Positions 11,797-25,809 of a stretch of 33,368 nucleotides of DNA are shown in pieces. Numbering within the stretch: position 1 is the stretch's first letter; the number at the start of each line of letters is the position of its first letter. The translations under genes and the position numbers were made by a program. Origin of the DNA: Octopus bimaculoides (Eukaryota); NCBI RefSeq assembly GCF_001194135.2, contig NC_068986.1:85689009-85722376 (forward strand). The letters run 5' to 3'. Under the pieces are notes generated by a model, which saw nothing but the letters and a program-made list of their open reading frames with translations, was not told the DNA's origin and ran no database searches.

Positions 11797-13115
11797 GTAG
11801 ATAGCCAGATAGATAGAGAAATAGACAGACAGCTATCTAGATGGATAGATATTGATTAAGGCCGAACAATATAATAAACCCGAATGTATGCCGTAATATA
11901 GTTTTCTTAGGAACATCTCCCTGCAATTGAAAGGAAATTAAGGAAGAACGGAATTGAAACTGAGCTGCTGTATAAGCATGGTTAGAGTTAAGAGTTTACG
12001 TCTTAGAATGCTAAAACCATTAATATTAGCTGTGATTGTTAGTGTGGTTGTATCTAGGGATGTTGTTGATTGTTGTTTTTTAAATCTATATGCTATTTAT
12101 TTTATCATTACAATCTTTTTTGTATTATGTATGTTCACTTTAGTATTATTATTTGTGAGTATTTATTTGTAGCCAGCATTTCCGGGTTTCAATTTTCAAA
12201 GAAATCATTTGAAAAGGCATTGAAGAGTAAAACAAGGTTGAATGCTTAATGTTGCTAATTATTTTCGAATGTTTTTCTCTTGGTTTTCTTTTCTGTCCTA
12301 TCATTCAACTTTAGATGAGCGAATGAAATACGAAGTCCCCTAAACCGCCCTCTTTTATTCTTCTCGGTTCTGAGCCCTCCCTGAAGTTACCGACATTGAT
12401 GCTGACATCACGGTCAGCATACACATCAATAACAGAATCTCTATTATCTATAACTGACAAATAAACCTACACCCTTCTCACAATGAAACACCTTAACTGA
12501 ATTACATATCCTGTTTTATTTCTCCTTTCCAGCAAAGTTGAAATTGAAACGCACCTTACTGTTATGTTAAACGGACCACATTGTATGATTTTTTTCTCAT
12601 ACAGTGTATCTATAATGCAGTACTTGATACTGCTGGATATTCAACGCTGTGTTACTTATCAATTGCTATCTAATTTCAGTTATATTCATTCTTTTGATAT
12701 ATTTAAGTATCTCGTAAAATTCTATGGATCTGTAATAACGCATCTCGAGTGTTTAAATTGGCTCATATAAGACCAGCTTTGCACGTTTACACTATGCACA
12801 CACACACACACACACACGCACACACACACACATATATATATATATATACATATATATGTATATACATACATATATATGCATATACATATACACATGTATA
12901 TACACATATATATATATGTATATACATATGTATATGATTATGTATATGTATATATGCACATATATATATATATACATACATATATACGTAAATACATGCA
13001 TAAATGCTTGTCATATAATTTGTTGCGTAATGAAATTATATACATAAATCTCAGCTCAAACTGACGCCAAACATATACAGACACACGCATACACACATAT
13101 GTATAGATACGTATA

Positions 13116-13154
<39 letters not shown>

Positions 13155-13983
13155 NNNNNNNNNNNNNNNNNNNNNNNNNNNNNNNNNNNNNNNNNNNNNN
13201 NNNNNNNNNNNNNNNNNNNNNNNNNNNNNNNNNNNNNNNNNNNNNNNNNNNNNNNNNNNNNNNNNNNNNNNNNNNNNNNNNNNNNNNNNNNNNNNNNNNN
13301 NNNNNNNNNNNNNNNNNNNNNNNNNNNNNNNNNNNNNNNNNNNNNNNNNNNNNNNNNNNNNNNNNNNNNNNNNNNNNNNNNNNNNNNNNNNNNNNNNNNN
13401 NNNNNNNNNNNNNNNNNNNNNNNNNNNNNNNNNNNNNNNNNNNNNNNNNNNNNNNNNNNNNNNNNNNNNNNNNNNNNNNNNNNNNNNNNNNNNNNNNNNN
13501 NNNNNNNNNNNNNNNNNNNNNNNNNNNNNNNNNNNNNNNNNNNNNNNNNNNNNNNNNNNNNNNNNNNNNNNNNNNNNNNNNNNNNNNNNNNNNNNNNNNN
13601 NNNNNNNNNNNNNNNNNNNNNNNNNNNNNNNNNNNNNNNNNNNNNATATATATGTATGCATGTATGTATATATATATATACATATATACAGGCACACACA
13701 CACACGCACATATATAATCTAGAGAGAGATAGATAGATAGATAGATGTATATAAATGTAATATCCAACGATTGAGGTGTAGGAAGGATAGCTTCAAGCAA
13801 TCCGGAGAAAATATAAGGACCAACATTCAGGAACAATAGTGGTTTATTGAGGCGGAGAGTTTTTCGTATCAAAATACGATGAGCTGCAAAACATTATTCT
13901 ATACTTCACGGCAGTTAGCCAGGGTTGCCGTTTATGCAACTAGAAATAGAAGAGCTATGGGAAATTCGATCGTATCTTCAGTT

Positions 13984-15128
13984 CGTTAACATGTATTTAA
14001 ATATAAACGGAGGTGAAAGTTAGTTAACTGTTCATATTCACACATTTTCTGCATTTTTCGATGAACAAATTTTCTTTATTTAAACACTCTTGTATAGAGA
14101 TTGATTATTTGCAGTGTTAGAATGGGAAAACTGAGAAGTTTGTTTGGGTATTTATTACCTGCACATCTCTGTATGCTCTTGCTCAAAGGAATCTGTCTGT
14201 ATTGCGGGAACTGGATCTGTTCCTTATGTAGTGTGGTTTTCCGTCTCAGTGTCGTACTTGTCTCTCCTATATTGTCATGTCCACAAACCGAGCAAGTTAT
14301 AACATAAATTATATTCTTGGAAGCACAAATGAAGTTTGTTTCAATTGTGAACCTCTGTTCTTGTCTGAATACGAATTCTGAGCCTTCCAGTAGGTTGGGG
14401 CATGTATCACCATTTGGGCGTCCACATTTTCCAGCCGTTGGTTTCGTGGCTGTTGTGTAAATCTTCGCGTTTGTTACAAGTCTTTTCAACGATTTGTGTT
14501 GATTTTTGCATTTCATGAATTTATGTTTTCAGAATGTTGTACATTCTTGGATCTCTAGTGAGCATAGGTACATTTTGTACATTAATGTTATATGCCTTAT
14601 TGTTTCTATGTTGTAAGTTGATATATATATAGTAGTGTTTTGAGACGATGTGTGGTGCTACATTTTGTTGCTCTTAGTGTTTTAATGTCTAATTTCTTAG
14701 CACGCTTAATTCCATCATCTATAAGTGAGGGTTGATATAGTCTTTCAGTCAGTGTTGCTCTGAGGTCTTGAAGACGAAGGCCCCTCATATTTCTCTCAGA
14801 TACTATTGTGCAAATCTTTTTTGCTAATTTAAAGGGGATATTTCTTTTGGTGTGTTTCTATGTGTCATGAGCTAAACAGGAGATATTGCTTCGAATCCAT
14901 GGGTTATGATATATGTCAGATATAATTTGGTTGCTTCACATATTTTTATCTTAATATCTTGTTCTTTGCTATATCCAATTGTGAATTGAATGTTAAGGGT
15001 TATATAATTTAGTATTGATTTGAATCACAAAAGTTTATTAGTGGTCTCCTTCCGAATGATACAGCAGTCATCAAGGTATCTTTTCCAGTTCTCTCTTATA
15101 TAACGGTGAAATGGATATCCATATTTTT
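13984..15128 (-). mobile_element. Penelope-like element remnant 1: 5'-truncated RT, thumb, Cys linker and C-terminal GIY-YIG endonuclease
   Basis: Minus-strand fragments in order: WKRYLDDC (RT catalytic motif; YLDD at 15078-15067), SDIYHNP/DSKQYLLFSS*H, KHTKRNIPFKLAKKICTIVS, RLQDLRATLTERLYQPSLIDDGIKRA, KCGRPNGDTC, CASKNIIYVITCSVCGHDNIGETSTTLRRKTTLH. Frameshifts and stops are present. Confidence 0.9.
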
Positions 15129-15302
15129 GCAGTAATACCAAGCCAAACTTCACAGGTTTCCTCATCTACTAGTGCAAAGAAACAATTTCCCTACAGGAAC
15201 GTTTAAACAAAGAAAATTTGTTTATCGAAATATACAGAACACGTCTAAATATGAACGCCTAACAAACATTGATCTCAGTATATATTTTAATTCTTGATCA
15301 CG
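15129..15302 (+). mobile_element. Inverted copy of the 3' end (pseudo-LTR) of PLE remnant 1
   Basis: 15146-15302 (+) aligns without gaps to the reverse complement of 13984-14140; 119/157 identities by hand count (about 76%). Confidence 0.85.
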
Positions 15303-18300
15303 TACCCAACACTGTACATATTTATTCTCACTACTTTAGCTTTTGAGTTTTTGTGTGTATTTATCCCCTCCCCGAAAGGTGAACAGTTACCTCCCTTGTT
15401 CCCAAAAATAACGATCACCAATTACCTCCACCTAGATTTTTGCACTTGTTGAACCATTCACTCATAAACTTCTCCATGCACAACATGGACTAAAATCTTT
15501 AAAAAATACGAAATCACAATAATTTCAATGTCATGATTAGCGAAAGCGAAACCGATCGACAAACACAATATAAAATAATATTAAAAAAATATATTAAAAC
15601 TATGTAAAATGTGTGCATTTTCCTTCAGTATATANNNNNNNNNNATATATATCTGTTATTTATCTACATAGCAGTCTGACCTGTCTTTGATGCCCTTTTA
15701 TTCTTGCATTACCTTTACTCCCGTGTAATTATTATATACAAAAACCAGTGTAGCAACTTAAAGTGTCTTATGATACCTAGCACCATGACCTTTATCTCGA
15801 GATCATTTTCAAATGTTTCAATAGTTATTTATGCCTTTCATCTTTCCTACACAGTTAAAACGAAAGCCATTACCATAAAAGACTTTATGTTGTGAACTTC
15901 TTCGTCATTTACATAATAATTTATGATTATGATACAAGACATCCGACAACAAGACACCCGACTGTGCACTAACTGAAAAGATTAGGACTTCTCAGGAACT
16001 AGTGACCCCTAATTCATATTTACCTGCCACTATATTACCGAACTAGGAACAATAAAAAGCGATCGGATATCAAACTGAAGCAGTGTTTGGATGTAATACT
16101 TTTGTACAAAATATATACATAAAATGTTATAATAAAACATCCGAAATGTCAGTTTAAGAAGTTCTCATCTCACATTATACGTTTAGGATTTAAAAAGAAC
16201 AAAACACTTTAAGACAATTTTTCCCAGTGTTACATTTCTACATTTTCAGGCTAATCACAAATCATGCTTATTCTTCTCCTCCCAAAATGCCACAAACCTC
16301 TCTCTTTTGTGCCGTCTTTCATTCTCTCTGTCTCTCTGTCTCTCTGTCTCTCTGCATCCGTCTTTGTTTCTGTCTCTGACTCTCTCTTACTCTCTTATTG
16401 TGTGTATGGGTGTCACTGCGATTGTATGTATATATTACTGTGATCTTTACAATGCTACATCTTAATATAACTACCTAGTTTGTCATATATATTCAGCATT
16501 CTCTCTGTTAGACTACATGCCTGAATATCCTCCCTCTCTACATTTCTCTATTTTTACCTCCCACAGGCAGAGAAGCCTGTTGCTATACATCTACGTCTCC
16601 ATCCATAACAGATAAGCTTCCTGTCTCCGTGGGGGGGCCGAATCGCTAGTTTTCGCCCTTGAGTTACGCCAAACAAATGCAAAGAAATTTGTCGTAGCAA
16701 AGTTTAAGAAGATGTATATACGCGTATCATCACTCTGCCCCACCCCCGCACTATGCACAAACATTGTAAATATACTGTAGGAGGATGATATGTATATACA
16801 CAAATATATAGATATAGATAGGTATATATATATATATATATNNNNNNNNNNNNNNNNNNNNNNNNNNNNNNNNNNNNNNNNNNNNNNNNNNNNNNNNNNN
16901 NNNNNNNNNNNNNNNNNNNNNNNNNNNNNNNNNNNNNNNNNNNNNNNNNNNNNNNNNNNNNNNNNNNNNNNNNNNNNNNNNNNNNNNNNNNNNNNNNNNN
17001 NNNNNNNNNNNNNNNNNNNNNNNNNNNNNNNNNNNNNNNNNNNNNNNNNNNNNNNNNNNNNNNNNNNNNNNNNNNNNNNNNNNNNNNNNNNNNNNNNNNN
17101 NNNNNNNNNNNNNNNNNNNNNNNNNNNNNNNNNNNNNNNNNNNNNNNNNNNNNNNNNNNNNNNNNNNNNNNNNNNNNNNNNNNNNNNNNNNNNNNNNNNN
17201 NNNNNNNNNNNNNNNNNNNNNNNNNNNNNNNNNNNNNNNNNNNNNNNNNNNNNNNNNNNNNNNNNNNNNNNNNNNNNNNNNNNNNNNNNNNNNNNNNNNN
17301 NNNNNNNNNNNNNNNNNNNNNNNNNNNNNNNNNNNNNNNNNNNNNNNNNNNNNNNNNNNNNNNNNNNNNNNNNNNNNNNNNNNNNNNNNNNNNNNNNNNN
17401 NNNNNNNNNNNNNNNNNNNNNNNNNNNNNNNNNNNNNNNNNNNNNNNNNNNNNNNNNNNNNNNNNNNNNNNNNNNNNNNNNNNNNNNNNNNNNNNNNNNN
17501 NNNNNNNNNNNNNNNNNNNNNNNNNNNNNNNNNNTATATATATATAAATATATATATACATGTGTGTGTGTGTGTGTATATATATGCCCCTTGTCAGGTA
17601 AGAAGTTAATATTCATAGAAAGTAATGATATATGAATATATGTTTCCATATATATATATATATATATATAAACACACACATTAGATAATAAAAAGAATGG
17701 TTTACTGTTAAAGAACGGTCACATTCTAAACTGTTCGCTCTGTATATGGTAAATAAAAGACGGAAGATGGAATACACGAAAATTTATTTTATTAATCACG
17801 GCAATTGTTTCGACAGATCTAGCATCGAACCCTCACAGTTGGGACACGCAACAGCTTGTTCTGAAGCATTCAGCGCTGCAGGTGTGTCTCAACTGATAAA
17901 TAAATAAATACAACTACTTAAAACAACAGTTCCGCAACATATCTTCTCATTTCGTAGAAAGAAAAGCAGCAAAACGCAGAAAATAATTTCATTTATACAG
18001 AAGATCAAAAATATGATCACAGATACCAAAAAACAAACGAACACCCAATACAGCAATAAAAGTATTAGAAATAACCGTTAACAGATATGGATGTACAAAC
18101 ACCCTGGCGCAAGTTGCATAGTGCGTGCACACCCGCTCGTACAAGCATCCGCGAAAATGTAAGCATACACACATGTGTGGTTTGGTGCACTCACGATCAC
18201 AAAGCGAGTTACATGGCTACTTGATGTTTATAAGAATGGAGAGGTAAAAGATAAACTTAATTCATTCATACCTTAAAGCAAATTACGTTAAGCGTTACTC

Positions 18301-18309
18301 AAATTCATT

Positions 18310-19123
<814 letters not shown>

Positions 19124-19789
19124 TATAGACAGATAGTTACGCATGTATATGCATGCATACATACATACATACTTAAATGCACTCATACGCATATAAATTA
19201 CAGCGTTAGTTAACAACAGAAAAGAACATGTATAAGAATAGTACCATAGCTAGATATGAAGAGAGAATCATCTCCTGATGAGATAATTCTTTAAACTTAA
19301 GTAAAATTATTTATATGCAATTTTATAGACAAATCAATAGTGTAAGAAACTGCTTTGCCTTGAGAGAGAAAGAAAGTTTACACATCGTACAGTAAACATC
19401 GTGTCAGTGAAATACATGTTTTGTGATGATTATAAAGAGTGGAAGATCAGGATGAGGAAACAGGACCTATAAGATGTTCTTTTGTGATTAGTGTAATCCT
19501 GCTAGTTCGAGATGACAATGTTTTACTTACACTATTCGACATTAATTGTTTTGTTGCTGTCTTTGTTGCTGTTGATATTATCCTGTCATCCCTGACCAAG
19601 TAAACTTGTCATCAAAGGAAATTCAGCCATGATAAATTTACCTGTTTGTAAACCTAGAACCACACTGCGTGATATATTCTTCATCTTTTTAAGACGGTAG
19701 TGTGTTATTTAATGAATTTAAAGTTATTTCTAGTTGGACAAAGTCTTGCGTAGCTGCATAAAAGTTGGCTAGATATGACTATTTTTTTA

Positions 19790-20395
19790 TTAAACAGAAG
19801 GTCAACGAGACACCGACTAATGGGCAAGCAGGCGAAAAGAAGTGAGGTGCCGAACAACATTTGAGAGATAAATCTGTGTACTGTAAGAAATAGCGCAGAA
19901 TTATTGACAGTATGTCTTGATTGCAGCAAGGCATTCGATTGCTTTCCCTCATGACTGCACTTGGCAACATTGCCTGCTTCCAATGAATGAATTACAAAAT
20001 CATGGTTAATAAATCACGTATTTCAAACAGAATATTTCAAGGAGTCAGTCATAGTGGAATTGTGTACATTTTGGCATTTAATCCACTGTTATTGGTTACG
20101 CAGATATCCTGAGGTTAACTTTTAGGGTTTGCAACAACGATATTACTGATCAAATTCATGATTTATTTGGAGACAAATTAAGAATCTTTGTTCAACATAT
20201 TATCAATCTTGAGAAACTGCTGGTTGTAGTACGGATAAGACCAAACCAAATGCTTAAATATGATAGCTGCTGCAGTAGAAAAGAAGTTCCACACCTTTAA
20301 ATTATTACAACTCTGCATTCCTATGAACAATGTATCTCCTGTTGTACATACCAAGAATACTACAAATACCTCGATATCAGTGAATAATGGTAGAG
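19790..20395 (+). mobile_element. Highly decayed non-LTR retrotransposon RT (R4/Dong-like)
   Basis: Plus-strand fragments in RT order: GQAGEKK*GAEQHLRDK (cf. EQKGCRxGSRGCKDQLLIDK), VCLDCSKAFDC/PHD (19910-19939), RIFQGVSHSG...LAFNPL (20032), IHDLFGDKLRIF (degraded YxDD) and EYYKYLDISE (20361). Confidence 0.75.
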
Positions 20396-20504
20396 ATGCT
20401 CTGGATGTCAATGGTCGTAATAGGAACTAAGATTGGTGATAGTCGATGAAATAGACGGGAAAATAGAAAACTACTTCCTGATTAATGTTATGCAGATATT
20501 CCCA

Positions 20505-20700
20505 CCATGCAGGCGATGATGTCCAATATGCAGTCGATGATAACGACCACAACGATGATAATGATTATGATGGTGCACTCGACGATAATAAAGAGGAGGA
20601 GTAGGAAGATGAGGACAAGAACAATTACAATGACGAGGAAAATAGTGACGATGATGATGATGGTGGTTATGATGATGAGGAGTAGGAGGTGGAGGAGGAT
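20505..20700. repeat. Decayed (GAT/GAG)n trinucleotide low-complexity tract
   Basis: Period-3 GAT/GAC/GAG pattern; the acidic reading frame contains stops (EEE*EDED, DEE*EVEE). Confidence 0.75.
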
Positions 20701-22249
20701 TAAAGTATTCCAACCGTGACCAAGCTATCTTTTGAAAAGCTTTCTAGAATTACATTATTCAATGAATCCTTTCATAGCATAAGACGGTAGAATATTACTT
20801 AAGGAATATTTATTTGTTAGTTTTAGCATGTCAAGCAGTGACATAAGCTCCATCATTGATTTTATCATAATATGTTGATCGCAACAAGTCGTACACACGT
20901 GTAGCTGCTACTTCTCTTGGTGTTATTCTTGTTATTCTTGTTCTGCCCAAGTTCCAAACTGATTCAGTAGACGTATGTTTAAACCACTCCATTCATGGAA
21001 AGACGATCCCTCCTTTCCACATGTGTCTAAGACTCTATTGAGTGTGGTCTGTTTTGTGTGACTTAAAGCAAAACAAACGGCTCTTACCCGGAAGCTAAGT
21101 GTCCGCGTACGGTTTCGTCGGAATCACGATTGTTTCTGATGCTATTTTTGTTGTTGCAATAATTTAGTTGTAATTATTTTTGATATTGTAATTACTTTTT
21201 ATATCGCTGCTATTTAGATCCAGAGTAGCCCTAATCGAGCCATTCTATACTTTACGACACTCCATCAACGGCCATCTCGTCTTACTCTCACGCACTGTTT
21301 ACCTGCTTTTACCTTACTCGATCCATCAATTCTAAATACTTTTATGATTTTATTTCAAGGCGATTTGGTAGATATTTCTAGCAGGACAAGCGACTGGATA
21401 GTGCCACTTTATAAGTTGTTGTTGTAGTTGTTACTGTAATTGTTAACCCAGCTACTACTAACACTACTGATGTTATTACTATTTCATTTGTGATCTTTCG
21501 TGGGATTCCTTTTAAGGCTTCCACTTAGATGTAGGGAATGTGTGATTATGATAACGAAACATTAATGTATGAAGAGAGATGGAAAGGAAAGAGAAAGAGA
21601 TGCAGTCGGAAAGAGAAAAGAGCGCATGTGAAGGGAAGATAGTCTAAGTAAGAAGATGACGGATGTGAGAATTGTGATCATAGAAAAATAAAAATAAAAA
21701 CAGCTTACAAATTTGCTAAAATGAATGTGATTGTTGCTTGAGAAAATATCATAAATTTCCATGTCTGTCTAAACTACACTGAAAGGTTTCTGAACTTAAA
21801 TTATAGTCTCACTAAATTTAACGTGTGAATAAATGGACGGAGGTGGTCCCTAGTGGGAGGTAGGGGGGATTTTATCAGGACAATGAGTAACTTTTAGTGG
21901 GTGTGTTTCAGTGTGTTTCTATGAATGTGCCTGTCTCAACGTGTGTGTGCGTTTGTGTGTCTGTGTGTGTCTGTGTGTGTCTGGTGGGGGGATATTGGGC
22001 AAGGAGAGTGTTATATAGGATGATAGGGAAATGGAGCTACGAAATGTCACTCGAACCATTTAGATAAATCGAGAAAAATTTTTTTCTCTAAAAATTTCAT
22101 TCATCAAATCATTTATCGTTGGATAGAAAGATACTGAATAACTGAATGTAGAATAAATGCGCAAAATATGTGCATGCACGTTTCTTCGTATCAACGATTT
22201 CAATGTGTTACTGTATGGATGTATGTAGGTATACAAATGTATTTGTGTA

Positions 22250-22250
<1 letters not shown>

Positions 22251-22301
<51 letters not shown>

Positions 22302-22312
22302 AATCTATCTAT

Positions 22313-22358
<46 letters not shown>
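22251..22358. repeat. (TATC)n-(CT)n microsatellite
   Basis: Read directly; runs into an N gap. Confidence 0.95.
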
Positions 22359-22572
22359 NNNNNNNNNNNNNNNNNNNNNNNNNNNNNNNNNNNNNNNNNN
22401 NNNNNNNNNNNNNNNNNNNNNNNNNNNNNNNNNNNNNNNNNNNNNNNNNNNNNNNNNNNNNNNNNNNNNNNNNNNNNNNNNNNNNNNNNNNNNNNNNNNN
22501 NNNNNNNNNNNNNNNNNNNNNNNNNNNNNNNNNNNNNNNNNNNNNNNNNNNNNNNNNNNNNNNNNNNNNNNN

Positions 22573-22604
<32 letters not shown>

Positions 22605-22685
22605 TACATATGTGGAAAATCGGTGTGCGTTTGTTTATGGTGATGTTAGCTGACACCTCCTACATCGTTTTATTAATTTTGATGA

Positions 22686-23123
22686 AACTTGACGCGTGAG
22701 TAGAACTCATGTCTGAAAACATCGTGACATACTTAGATTGTTGAAAAAATTGATAATACGGCCCCTGGATTGGACCTTTATATCTATCTAATATAACTAA
22801 TTTGTTTAAACACCCAAGGCAAATAACTCATATCATCTGTACAATATTTCTTTTAAACACTCAAGGGAAATAACCCATTTCATTGTTTGTGTTCGATTAC
22901 TTTGAATATTGATTTTTTGTGTGTCCTATTTTTAATTTTTGCAGACAATATCACTTTTATACTTTGACACATGAGTAGAAATCATGTCTGGAAACCTTGT
23001 GACATACTTAGATTGTCGATAAAAATCGATAATGGGGCCCTTCCAATGGATCCGTCTATCTACTATATATTACTAATATTTTATTTAAATAACCCAAGGG
23101 AAATAACCCAAGGGAAATAACCC
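22686..23123. repeat. Diverged direct duplication, unit spacing about 275 bp
   Basis: ttgacgcgtgagtagaactcatgtctgaaaacatcgtgacatacttagattgttgaaaaaattgataat (22689) recurs as ttgacacatgagtagaaatcatgtctggaaaccttgtgacatacttagattgtcgataaaaatcgataat (22964). The motif CAAGGGAAATAACCC also recurs. Confidence 0.85.
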
Positions 23124-23693
23124 ATACCCGCTTCAGATTTTAGCGAAACGATTAATATTTGATTCTCATGATGAACCGACCTAATTCTGTATTTCACTAC
23201 TCACAGTTTGAACTGCTAAACATTATCATTGCACTTCCTGAATTTGTATCTTAATCATTATAGACTTCATTCATACATTATTTGAATGCCCATTACGCCG
23301 ATAATTCTGCATTTTCACAGTTACACTTTTTTCATGACAGTAGATAAATTTTTTATTCCACAAGGTATGTGTAGTGGTTTCAGGCAGGCATAGCGTGGAT
23401 TCGATCCTCGATTGCCAAATTTCACTTAACGTTTCAACAGCGCTTTTCTCACGTAAAACAATAGTTTTTTTCTGTGAATGACAGCAGTTATACATTTCTC
23501 AGATGCTTTCGCTAAGCAGAATAATGTTTATAAAATGATAATTCATGGTTTAACCGTTAGTTTTTCGTTGTTTTTTCACGGTAAAATATCACATTAAACC
23601 ATCTATGTGTTGTGATGTGACTCGAGCAAGATTTATGTTGAGGAAGGATGGCACGGGGACCAAATATGGAGCACGTTCACATATATGTAACGG

Positions 23694-23694
<1 letters not shown>

Positions 23695-23772
<78 letters not shown>
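23695..23772. repeat. (CA)n-(TA)n microsatellite
   Basis: Read directly. Confidence 0.95.
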
Positions 23773-24664
23773 TTGAAAGACCATGAGACCTTGAGGAGAC
23801 TACACCGACCATGATACTAGGTTATATATCGAACAATGTGTAGTCACTGTAGTTGAAATATATGTAGGTCCGGAGAATATGTTGGAAATCAAATACGTAC
23901 CAGTACGTAGGTAAGGCATAAATAAGCATTTATATGCCCATAAAATAGTCCAGTTGAACATTTTACTCCTTGAGAAATAAAAGTTCGTGCACACAATTCT
24001 AGACGTTAACATTTTTCATACATGTGCACCTACAATTTCTGTCCTGTATAGAAGCACTTCCGTTAAGTACATAAGCATTATAAGCTCTTGAAGAGAAATA
24101 TTCTTAACATAGCGCTAAACGATGTCTTTTGAAACGTGGCAAATGTCACCTCTATATTACGGTTAAATATCACTACAGTTATAAGACAATTTGCACATCA
24201 AATAGTAGGAATAACTGATTTTTTTTGTTTTTGCTTTGCTTTTAGATGACAATTTAATTTACAACTGTATATAATCTAATGTTTCAAAAACTACCACTAT
24301 AGAACTGATATAGGCTTAACTACAAATTAAAGATCATTTATTTATTTCACAGTCATTCTCTTCAGAACTTGGAGCTTGAACGTTAGATACATGTGTATAG
24401 ACATGTGAGTGTGTATTTGAATGAATAGTTTGAAATCGTAATTGTAAAGAAAAAACATCCAATATATCCCAATGAACGGGATATCTCTAAGTTAACGTTG
24501 AAATATGACACCCCCTACTCGGTCACGTGTTAAGATATTTCTCATCTCACTTTCAAATTACACTCAAGTATGTAAATATATAATTTTAAATGCACGCACA
24601 TGTATAGCTTTCTATATATGCATGCTTGTGTGTACGTATGTATGTACGTATGTATGTATGTACG

Positions 24665-24727
<63 letters not shown>

Positions 24728-25110
24728 NNNNNNNNNNNNNNNNNNNNNNNNNNNNNNNNNNNNNNNNNNNNNNNNNNNNNNNNNNNNNNNNNNNNNNNNN
24801 NNNNNNNNNNNNNNNNNNNNNNNNNNNNNNNNNNNNNNNNNNNNNNNNNNNNNNNNNNNNNNNNNNNNNNNNNNNNNNNNNNNNNNNNNNNNNNNNNNNN
24901 NNNNNNNNNNNNNNNNNNNNNNNNNNNNNNNNNNNNNNNNNNNNNNNNNNNNNNNNNNNNNNNNNNNNNNNNNNNNNNNNNNNNNNNNNNNNNNNNNNNN
25001 NNNNNNNNNNNNNNNNNNNNNNNNNNNNNNNNNNNNNNNNNNNNNNNNNNNNNNNNNNNNNNNNNNNNNNNNNNNNNNNNNNNNNNNNNNNNNNNNNNNN
25101 NNNNNNNNNN

Positions 25111-25175
<65 letters not shown>

Positions 25176-25778
25176 ACACGTATATATTCATACAAATTCC
25201 CAGGACGGTAACGTGTGAAAAATGGCGCTCTATATGTCAAATAGAGCGCAGCTTGCACCTGTCGAAAAAAGCGTTTTCTAGAGAAATTAAGAAAGAACTT
25301 CTAAATGAAATGAAATAAGTAAATAAGCACCGCCCCTTCCATCTATCCCTCTCTTGATTATATAATTGGTCATCTGATGGGCGGGTATTTGGTTATGGGA
25401 TATTTGTCTGTTGTCAAATAGATTATTTGTTAAGAAAACGAATATAAATAAGTAGATGCAATAAATAAATAAATAATAGGCAAGCGAAGGTGAAAAGAAA
25501 GAAAAAAATGTAAGAAGAGTGAAGAAATAAGTGAAGGGACCAGTGATTTCAAAAGATGTAGATTGAGGCACTACAGGGATATTTGACTGCGAAGTAGCTC
25601 CACTTATGTAGACAAATTATCAATTGTCGGGGTGAGAAGTTATGAAAGGATGTAGATTTAAGATTGAGAATAGAAGGAAGAAAAATACGTCTATTCAACA
25701 AGTATCAAAATAATGTGGCTTCCGGTAATTGTCTCGCTAATAGAATCTCAAAATACATTCTTATGCTTAAGTGAATAT

Positions 25779-25809
<31 letters not shown>

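Noticed and set aside
13855-13981. Minus-strand CTGAAGA (13981-13975) and a GTAT-TTTG-ATAC-GAAA hairpin downstream of PLE remnant 1
   Set aside because: The two halves cannot be joined with a G10.1-C11.1 pair and no stem III or NUH follows; at most a heavily decayed relic.
16567-16650. Strong plus-strand acceptor (CTATTTTTACCTCCCACAG) before a GC-richer segment
   Set aside because: All three frames stop within about 27 codons, there is no convincing donor, and no recognisable peptide.
19276-19282. CTGATGA motif
   Set aside because: No stem II or GAAA follows.
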